Assembly (NCBI GenBank): GCA_013152585.1 | Contig: JAADGC010000132.1 | Location: forward strand, 1-59,593 | DNA length: 59,593 bases | Direction: 5' to 3' | DNA from: Chloroflexota bacterium | GTDB lineage: Bacteria; Chloroflexota; Anaerolineae; J102 | Shown here: in pieces, positions 36,376 to 43,139 of the stretch | Numbering within the stretch: position 1 is the first letter of the stretch | Layout of the letters: every line of letters starts with the position of its first letter | The notes under the pieces: model-generated | Databases searched by the model: none | Seen by the model: the letters and a program-made list of their open reading frames with translations, nothing else | Told to the model about the DNA's origin: nothing | Made by a program: the position numbers and the translations under genes

Positions 36376-37287
36376 ATGAGCATCGTAGTTCCCATTGTGA
36401 CACCCTGTACACCTTCGGGAGAGTTGGATTTGGATGGCTTAAAGGCTGTCTGTAAGGACGTGATAGGCGCTGGCTGCAGCAGCATCTTTGCCGTAGGCAG
36501 TACGGGGCGCGGGCCTTGGTTCAGTCGCGACGACCGCGCCAGAATCTGCCACACAGTCGCCGATCAAGCCGACTGCAACGTTCCGGTCCTGGCTGGATGC
36601 ATGGCATCAGGGCTCCCACAAATGCTGGAGAACGTTTACGCTATGGCTGATGCAGGTGCCCAAATGGCGGTCGTCACGGCTCCTGGATATTTTCGCTACA
36701 ACCAGAAAGAGATCGAGACTGTTTTCCTCAAGTTTGCAGACGCTAGTCCCCTGCCAGTGTTAATCTACGATATTCCAGATCTGGTCGGGATAAAACTGGA
36801 TGTGGAAATGATCATTCGGTTGGCTCGTCACGGAAATATTGTTGGAATTAAAGATTCGACGGCGGATTTCGTCCGTTTCAAAAAGCTGCTCACCGGCTTA
36901 GGTGACTTGTCTGATTTTTACGTATTTCAAGGCAAGGAGAGGTTTTTGGCTGACTCCCTGCTTGCGGGCGCTTCGGGTTTTGTGGTGAGCCTGGTTCAAA
37001 TTGATCCTCGCCCGTTCGTTGCACTCCATCGAGCAGTTCGTTCAGGGAAAATAGAAGTGGCACGGCGTATTCAGGCCGAAATCAGCAAGGTCACGGGTCT
37101 GATCGAGGAGAGCTTTAAACAGCGGCCAGAGACTTCAACTCTTTTCCATTTTCTGAACTGGTCTTTGCGGCATCGCCGTATCTGCGACAATATTCTTCTC
37201 GATCACGAGCAGGATTGCCCTCCGTGGTTGGCCGACACTGCAAGGAAAGTTTTCGAAATCTGCAAGGCTGCGAGTTTGATCGAGTGA
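36376..37287 (+). CDS. DapA/N-acetylneuraminate-lyase family (class I Schiff-base) lyase
   Basis: MSIVVPIVTPCTPSGELDLDGL start. GSTGRG, VLIYDIP, Schiff-base lysine context NIVGIKDST. Upstream in-frame starts at 36325/36355 are also possible. Confidence 0.8.
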   Translation: MSIVVPIVTPCTPSGELDLDGLKAVCKDVIGAGCSSIFAVGSTGRGPWFSRDDRARICHTVADQADCNVPVLAGCMASGLPQMLENVYAMADAGAQMAVVTAPGYFRYNQKEIETVFLKFADASPLPVLIYDIPDLVGIKLDVEMIIRLARHGNIVGIKDSTADFVRFKKLLTGLGDLSDFYVFQGKERFLADSLLAGASGFVVSLVQIDPRPFVALHRAVRSGKIEVARRIQAEISKVTGLIEESFKQRPETSTLFHFLNWSLRHRRICDNILLDHEQDCPPWLADTARKVFEICKAASLIE

Positions 37288-37320
37288 AAATCTGCGAATC
37301 ATTGAAGAGGTAATGAAATA

Positions 37321-38532
37321 ATGAGTATGTCATCGCGAGAGAGGGTACTGGCGGCCATAAACCACCAGGAGCCGGATCGGGTTCCCATCGATTTGGGGGG
37401 CGAGTCTAATACCGGCATCGCTGCGGGTACCTATACCCGCTTGCGGGAGCGATTGGGGATCGAAGGGGAGCCCGTGAAAGTCTTTGACGTGGAGCAAATG
37501 CTGGCCTGGGTTGAGCAGCCGGTGGTGGGAGCATTGGGGGTCGATGTTCTACCCATCCGCAGGCTGACACAAGCCTACGGTATGCGCCTTGACAATTGGC
37601 GTCCCTGGCGCTTAGACGATGGCACCCCCGTTCAGATGCCAGCCCGTTTCGACCCGGTGACCGAGGAGGATGGCAGCCTGGGTTTATATCTAAATGGTGA
37701 ACTGGTAGCTAAGAAGGTCTCGATGAGTCCCTACTTTGACCCCATGATCGAATTCAAGTTTTATAACCCGCTGCCGCCGGTCGAGACGTTCGACATGTGG
37801 GCCTTCACCGACGAGGAGTTAGGGTGGGCACGGCGCTGGGCCGAAAGGCTGCGTGCCGAAACGGACAAAGCCTTGCTCGGTGACCCCGGGGTTGTTCTAA
37901 CCCGTTGGAGCAGCTACCAGGAATGGCTGTACACCCTTGCCGCTGATCCTGATTATGTCCTCGCCTTCTACGACCGTAAGGTCGAGAACATGCTCACGAA
38001 TCTAGAACTGTATGCTCAAGCCGTGGGTAATAATATCGACATATTCCGGACGGGCGAGGACTATGGCACGCAGAAGGGGATGATGATCTCGCCTAAGATG
38101 TTCAACGAGATGATCGCGCCGTACTACAAGCGCGTGTTTGATTGGATTCACCAGAATACGTCGTGGAAGATATTCTTTCACTGTTGCGGCGCTATCTACC
38201 CGATCATCGGAACGTTGATTGAGTGCGGTATTGACATTCTTAACCCCGTCCAGACCACAGCGGTGGGTATGGACCCCGCCAAGCTCAAAGCGGAATTCGG
38301 TGAGGCGATTACCTTCTGGGGGGGAGGTATCGACACTCAGTCCGTGTTGCCCTTCGGCTCCCCGGAGGAGGTACGGGCACAGGTGCGGGAGCGCATCCAG
38401 ATCTTTGGTCTCGGCGGCGGCTTCGTCTTCACCCCTGTCCACAACATCCAGGAAAAGATTCCAGTTGACAACTTGCTGGCGATGTACGAAGCTGTGCATG
38501 AGTATGGGCAGTACCCGATTCGCAAGGCTTGA
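37321..38532 (+). CDS. URO-D/MtaA-like protein, paralogue 6
   Basis: MSMSSRERVLAAINHQEPDRVPIDLG. FHCCG. The distal position reads TPVHNIQ. Closest in sequence to paralogue 4. Confidence 0.8.
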   Translation: MSMSSRERVLAAINHQEPDRVPIDLGGESNTGIAAGTYTRLRERLGIEGEPVKVFDVEQMLAWVEQPVVGALGVDVLPIRRLTQAYGMRLDNWRPWRLDDGTPVQMPARFDPVTEEDGSLGLYLNGELVAKKVSMSPYFDPMIEFKFYNPLPPVETFDMWAFTDEELGWARRWAERLRAETDKALLGDPGVVLTRWSSYQEWLYTLAADPDYVLAFYDRKVENMLTNLELYAQAVGNNIDIFRTGEDYGTQKGMMISPKMFNEMIAPYYKRVFDWIHQNTSWKIFFHCCGAIYPIIGTLIECGIDILNPVQTTAVGMDPAKLKAEFGEAITFWGGGIDTQSVLPFGSPEEVRAQVRERIQIFGLGGGFVFTPVHNIQEKIPVDNLLAMYEAVHEYGQYPIRKA

Positions 38533-38687
38533 CCGGCGACTGTGATCCCCGATCTATTCGGCAATGCACCCCAGGTGTTGCATGCCTGCAAATCAACCGT
38601 GTTGCGTGTTCAAATCAGAAGGCACGTGCGAAGATGCCAGCACAGCCCGACGTAAGCAGTAGTCAGAGGAAAAGGCGTCGGAACATT

Positions 38688-38716
38688 TTGACAATTGGCC
38701 GCCAAACTGCTATAGT
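38688..38716 (+). promoter_or_regulatory. Near-consensus sigma70-type promoter upstream of the his region
   Basis: TTGACA (38688-38693), 17 nt, TATAGT (38711-38716). Confidence 0.55.
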
Positions 38717-38732
38717 CGACGAAGGTGTTAGC

Positions 38733-38777
38733 ATGACCGACTATTTGTTGCGCACATCCCTTCATCATTATAGCTGA
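38733..38777 (+). CDS. 14-codon leader-type ORF MTDYLLRTSLHHYS (candidate his leader peptide)
   Basis: AAGGTG lies 5 nt before the ATG. Two adjacent His codons (CAT CAT, 38763-38768) sit two codons before the stop. The ORF is sandwiched between the promoter and an intrinsic terminator. Confidence 0.35.
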   Translation: MTDYLLRTSLHHYS

Positions 38778-38824
38778 ACAGGTGAGGGCGGCCATTCCAG
38801 GGCGCTCTGGTCGTGCTCACCATC

Positions 38825-38851
38825 GAGACTAGCGATTCGCTAGTCTTTTTT
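38825..38851 (+). terminator. Rho-independent terminator / attenuator hairpin
   Basis: AGACTAGCG-ATT-CGCTAGTCT stem-loop followed by a T-run (38846-38851), 150 nt upstream of hisZ. Confidence 0.7.
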
Positions 38852-39002
38852 GTTATCTTGTAGCTGCCATTGCCCTCCAAAAAGGCCTCTCACAAAGCTT
38901 CTTTTTAGCTCTTTTTCTTGACGTCTCTGTGGCTTGGCGTGAGCTAAACACCTTCCTTTTTTCTCCGCGTTCTCAGCGGTCTCACCGTTGAAAGCTTTTC
39001 CT

Positions 39003-40286
39003 ATGACTCACTCTTCACTCCAAATCCCGCCTCCATCCATCACACCACCGGCCATTCCCCGCGGGGTCGCCGACTTCTTTGGCGGTGCTGCTCAGGCCCG
39101 ACGCCAGGCCGAAAGCGCCTTGCGCCAACTGGCCCGCCTGTGGGCCTACACCGAGATCATCCCCCCCACCTTCGAATACGCCGACACCCTCGCCGGTGAA
39201 GCCGGTTCGCAACTGGCCGCAGAGCTCTATCGCTTTCTCGACCGGGATGGCCGCACGTTGGCCCTGCGCCCCGACCTCACCATCCCCACCGCCCGTATTG
39301 CCGGCTCCAAGCTTTACGATCAAGCCCTGCCCCAACGTTTTTTCTATACCGGCTCCGCCTTCCGTTACGAAGAACTACGGGGAGGGCGGCAGCGCGAATT
39401 CCTGCAGGCCGGCGTCGAGCTCATCGGCGCCGGTGGTGCCGACGCCGACGCCGAGGTGCTGGCCCTGGCCGTACAGGCCTTACAGGCGTTGGGATTACCA
39501 AAATTTCGCTTCAGCCTGGGGCATTTGGGCTACTTCCACGGTCTGTTGGCACACCTGGCACTGGCGCCTGCGGAAATTGCCCGCGTACAGGCTGCCCTGG
39601 ATCGCAAAAGTCATGATGAAGTGGCAGACCTGGCAGCAGAACTACGCCTGCCGCCGCCTGAACGCCAGACATTGCTGGGGTTGTTGGACTTGATCGGTAG
39701 CCTGGAATCAGACACACTGGCGAGGGCGCAGAAGTTGGCTCGGAATCAGAAAATGCAGGACGCCGTGCAGCGGCTGCAGGCCATTAGCCAGCGCCTGCAC
39801 CACTATGCCGTGCACCATGCCTTCATGGTCGACTTGGCCGATGTGCGCGGCATGGACTACTATACCGGCATCACTTTCAAAGCCTACACATCCCAAATGG
39901 GCTCGTCCATCGTCAATGGTGGCCGTTACGATAATCTCGTGGGGCATTTTGGTCCGCCGCGGCCCGCTGTGGGCTGCGCCTTCTATCTCGACCGTATTCT
40001 GCTGGCCCAACGCCGCCAACTGGGCCCGCCCCCCGATCCCCGACCCGATCTGTTCATTCATCCCTGCGCCTGCGCCCAGTACGTGGCGCTGGCTCAGCAA
40101 AGCCGAGCGGCCGGCCTGATCACCGCCCTCGCCCTGGGCCCCGAATCGCCATCCACCGCCGCTGCCAGCCTACGCTGCACCTGCGATGGTGGCGCCATCC
40201 TGGAACGGCCAGGCCAGCCCCCGCAGCGCTTTGCCGTGGGCGAATGGCCGCACATCGTGGCTGAACTAAAATCCCTCGGATCCTGA
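39003..40286 (+). CDS. hisZ: ATP phosphoribosyltransferase regulatory subunit (HisS paralogue)
   Basis: Class II aaRS-like core, but with LRPDLTIPTARI rather than the HisS RPEGT motif. FRYEELRGGRQREFLQAGVELIG, GGRYDNL. Lies in a his operon that has a short-form hisG. The ORF is also open from TTG 38988. Confidence 0.8.
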   Translation: MTHSSLQIPPPSITPPAIPRGVADFFGGAAQARRQAESALRQLARLWAYTEIIPPTFEYADTLAGEAGSQLAAELYRFLDRDGRTLALRPDLTIPTARIAGSKLYDQALPQRFFYTGSAFRYEELRGGRQREFLQAGVELIGAGGADADAEVLALAVQALQALGLPKFRFSLGHLGYFHGLLAHLALAPAEIARVQAALDRKSHDEVADLAAELRLPPPERQTLLGLLDLIGSLESDTLARAQKLARNQKMQDAVQRLQAISQRLHHYAVHHAFMVDLADVRGMDYYTGITFKAYTSQMGSSIVNGGRYDNLVGHFGPPRPAVGCAFYLDRILLAQRRQLGPPPDPRPDLFIHPCACAQYVALAQQSRAAGLITALALGPESPSTAAASLRCTCDGGAILERPGQPPQRFAVGEWPHIVAELKSLGS

Positions 40287-40353
40287 CCCGGCTTATTCAG
40301 AGTCCCCAAGGTCTCTCGCACAGGCTGCTAAGGACGCCAAGATCACAAAAGTA

Positions 40354-40382
40354 TTGACATACAGCACCTATCTTGTTATAAT
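40354..40382 (+). promoter_or_regulatory. Perfect consensus sigma70 promoter for the ATPase/RloB pair
   Basis: TTGACA (40354-40359), 17 nt, TATAAT (40377-40382), in an AT-rich 155-nt spacer after hisZ. Confidence 0.6.
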
Positions 40383-40441
40383 GAGTATATTCGAGATTTT
40401 ATCACAAATTTTCAAGTTTCACTATAATAATTAGGTCTATT

Positions 40442-41743
40442 ATGATTATTGAATTCAGTGTGGGAAACTTCCGTTCCTTCCGTGATATAGTTACGCTCAG
40501 CATGGTGGCGGCAAAACTCAGGGCCAAGAACAAGGCGCTGGACGAGAACAACGTCTTCGCTGCGCCTGGGGCGCCCCCCCTACTGACCAGCGCCGCCATT
40601 TACGGCGCCAACGCCAGCGGCAAGAGCAATCTGATCGCTGCCATTGGCTTTATGCGGCGCTTTGTCATCGACTCCACCAAAGAAACGAGAGCCACCGGCG
40701 CCATTGATGTCGAAAGCTTCCGCTTGAGCACAACAACCATCGGTCAACCTTCCCATTTCGAGATCGTTTTCGTGCTGGACGATAAACGTTATCGCTATGG
40801 CTTCGAAGTCACCTCAGAGCGGGTTGTTGAGGAATGGCTTTTTTATGTGCCAAGCACACGCGAGGCCCGCCTGTTCGAACGTTTCGAAGACGAAATCAAG
40901 TTAGGCGAGTCATTCAAAGAGGGTAGAGACCTCATCGAGAAAACCCGCCCCAATGCCCTCTTCCTGTCAGTGGTCGCTCAATTCAATGGCCCTATCGCTA
41001 AAAATGTTATCGACTGGTTTAGAGGTTTGGGAATAATATCCGGCCTGTCGGACCAGGGCATTATGGGTTATACCATGCGTCGTTGGTCGGAAGGCAAGGC
41101 GACCGACAAAATGAGGCAATTCATACAACAGTTAGATCTTGGGATTCAAGATTTGAGCGTTGAGAAAGGTTTAGCCAGCTTAGAGCCTATTCCAGAAGAT
41201 ATGCCGGATGAGTTTCGCAAGATTATCGAACCATTTCGAGAATTTTTTAGTCGAGAGGATGTCGAAAGACTAACTGTCATCACGGAACACCCTGTTTTCG
41301 ACCAAGAGGGAATACGTGTGAGAAGTGAGAAATTCGATCTCGGGCAGCATGAGTCAGAAGGGACACAGAAACTGTTTGCGTTTTCGGGTCCGTTATTTGA
41401 CACACTTGAAAAAGGAAAAGTATTGTTTGTGGATGAGCTTGACGCCCGTCTGCACCCGTTGCTCACCCGCGAGATCGTTCGCTTGTTCAACTCTCGCCAA
41501 ACCAACCCTCACCACGCCCAACTGATCTTTACCACGCAAGACACCAGTTTACTCGATAACCGTTTTCTGCGCCGGGATCAAATCTGGTTCTCGGAAAAGG
41601 ACAGACAGGGCGCCACGCACCTGTACTCTTTGGCCGAGTACAAGGTGCGCAACGACGCTTCATTTGAGCGAGATTATATCCAGGGACGCTACGGGGCCAT
41701 TCCCTATTTGGGCGACTTGCGGCAGATTGTGGAGGGAGCTTGA
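40442..41743 (+). CDS. AAA_21/ABC-like ATPase (AbiLi / RloA / AriA-like defence ATPase)
   Basis: MIIEFSVGNFRSFRD start. Walker A GANASGKSNL, signature-like SEGTQKLFAF, Walker B VLFVDELDARLHP, FTTQDTSLLD, C-terminal RRDQIWFSEKD...GRYGAIPYLG. Visibly lower GC than its neighbours. Confidence 0.85.
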   Translation: MIIEFSVGNFRSFRDIVTLSMVAAKLRAKNKALDENNVFAAPGAPPLLTSAAIYGANASGKSNLIAAIGFMRRFVIDSTKETRATGAIDVESFRLSTTTIGQPSHFEIVFVLDDKRYRYGFEVTSERVVEEWLFYVPSTREARLFERFEDEIKLGESFKEGRDLIEKTRPNALFLSVVAQFNGPIAKNVIDWFRGLGIISGLSDQGIMGYTMRRWSEGKATDKMRQFIQQLDLGIQDLSVEKGLASLEPIPEDMPDEFRKIIEPFREFFSREDVERLTVITEHPVFDQEGIRVRSEKFDLGQHESEGTQKLFAFSGPLFDTLEKGKVLFVDELDARLHPLLTREIVRLFNSRQTNPHHAQLIFTTQDTSLLDNRFLRRDQIWFSEKDRQGATHLYSLAEYKVRNDASFERDYIQGRYGAIPYLGDLRQIVEGA

Positions 41744-42354
41744 TGACAAGGCAGCGCTCATCCCGACGTAAAGGTCGAGGTTACCGCACTCGACGCGTCA
41801 ATTTTCGGGAACCGGCGCAGCGTTTCCTGATCGTCTGCGAGGGTGAACGCACCGAACCGAACTACTTTAACAGCTTTCGAGTACCTAAACTTGTCATTCA
41901 TGCCAAAGGCTATGGCCTGAGCCCGAATGACTTAGTGAAAAAAGCTGAAGACGAACGCAGGTCGGATGACTACGATCAGGTGTGGTGCGTTTTCGACAGG
42001 GATCACTGCGGAGCAGAGGTTTTCAATGCAGCAATTCAACAAGCCCAAAATCTTGGTATCCAGGTCGCTTACTCCAACGAGGCCTTTGAGCTTTGGTACT
42101 TGCTCCACTTCCACTACTACAACACCGCCGTTTCTCGTCATGAATATGCTGCCAAGCTTGGTGATCTACTCGGTCATCCCTACCAGAAGAACTGCACGAC
42201 CATCTTTGAAGAGTTGCATGCCAGACAGAAGGATGCCATCCGCAACGCAGAACGGCTGCTATCCCAGTATTTACCGCCCAACCCCGCAGCCGATAACCCC
42301 TCCACTACCGTGCACAAACTGGTCGAGCAACTGAACAAATATGCGCGTCACTAG
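41743..42354 (+). CDS. RloB-family (Toprim/OLD-like) protein (AbiLii-like)
   Basis: TGATG overlap with the ATPase; GGAGGGAG RBS. RFLIVCEGERTEPNYF, VWCVFDRD and AYSNEAFELWYLLHF are RloB hallmarks. Confidence 0.85.
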   Translation: MTRQRSSRRKGRGYRTRRVNFREPAQRFLIVCEGERTEPNYFNSFRVPKLVIHAKGYGLSPNDLVKKAEDERRSDDYDQVWCVFDRDHCGAEVFNAAIQQAQNLGIQVAYSNEAFELWYLLHFHYYNTAVSRHEYAAKLGDLLGHPYQKNCTTIFEELHARQKDAIRNAERLLSQYLPPNPAADNPSTTVHKLVEQLNKYARH

Positions 42355-42452
42355 CCACCGGCTCTACCAAACATCGTAAACATGACCATCGATCAACTCA
42401 TCTTCACCCGTGATTCTTGCTCAATGGGCAAGAAAGCAACTGCGAAGGTACT

Positions 42453-43082
42453 ATGCTGACTATTGCCCTCCCCAAAGGCCGCCTGGCCGATGATGCGCTT
42501 GTCTGGTTGCAGCGCGCCGGCTGGTCCCTGCCGGCCACCGACAGCGGCCGCAAGCTGGTTGTTGCCAGCCAGGATGGCCGCCTGAACTACGTGCTGGCCA
42601 AGCCCATGGATGTGCCCGTCTTCGTGGAACAAGGCGCGGCCGACATCGGCATTGCCGGCCGCGATGTGGTGCGCGAGCGCGCCGCCGACGTGTTCGAACC
42701 CATGCGCCTGCCCTTTGGCCACTGTCGCCTCTCTGTGGCTGGCCCTGCTGCCCGCAAAGACCTGCCCCTGCGCCTCGACGTTTATCCCCGTGTGGCCACC
42801 AAATATCCCCGCCTCACCGGGCAATACTTCCGCGACCGTGGCATCTCCGCCGAGCTCATTGTGCTCAGCGGTTCGGTCGAGCTGGGCCCACTGGTCAATC
42901 TGGCCGATCTCATCGTCGATCTCGTGCAAACCGGCGACACCCTCCAGGCGAACGAGCTGGTGGAACTGCGCACCATTCTCGAATCGCAGGCCATACTCAT
43001 CGTCAACCGCGCCAGCTACCGCCTGCATACGGCTGCCATCGACGCCCTCCTCAGCTCCATGCGCCACACCATTGGCAAGTGA
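42453..43082 (+). CDS. hisG: ATP phosphoribosyltransferase, short (HisZ-dependent) form
   Basis: MLTIALPKGRL start at ATG 42453 after GAAGG. GAADIGIAGRDV, VATKYPRLT, DLIVDLVQTGDTL. About 209 aa with no C-terminal regulatory domain. Confidence 0.9.
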   Translation: MLTIALPKGRLADDALVWLQRAGWSLPATDSGRKLVVASQDGRLNYVLAKPMDVPVFVEQGAADIGIAGRDVVRERAADVFEPMRLPFGHCRLSVAGPAARKDLPLRLDVYPRVATKYPRLTGQYFRDRGISAELIVLSGSVELGPLVNLADLIVDLVQTGDTLQANELVELRTILESQAILIVNRASYRLHTAAIDALLSSMRHTIGK

Positions 43083-43087
43083 CCAGT

Positions 43088-43136
43088 CACAACTCGCAAC
43101 TCACAATCCGCAATTCGCATTCCGCAATTCCCAATT
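43088..43136. repeat. Degenerate heptanucleotide tandem array (7 units, CRCAAYT) filling the hisG-hisD spacer
   Basis: CACAACT CGCAACT CACAATC CGCAATT CGCATTC CGCAATT CCCAATT. Confidence 0.8.
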
Positions 43137-43139
43137 CCC

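Noticed and set aside
38918-38950. Second promoter-like TTGACG between the terminator and hisZ
   Set aside because: No acceptable -10 hexamer at 16-19 nt spacing (GAGCTA/AGCTAA), so it is too weak to report as a feature.
39003-40286. Alternative call of this gene as histidyl-tRNA synthetase hisS
   Set aside because: It has RPDLT instead of the HisS RPEGT motif. It sits at the head of a his operon whose hisG is the short HisZ-dependent form, so hisZ is the better call. The retained C-terminal domain keeps some uncertainty.
43088-43136. Possibility that the heptamer arrays (here and at 50672-50713) are a degenerate CRISPR or a mobile-element terminus
   Set aside because: The unit length is 7 nt with no spacers, and no cas or transposase genes are nearby. 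These are simple tandem repeats.
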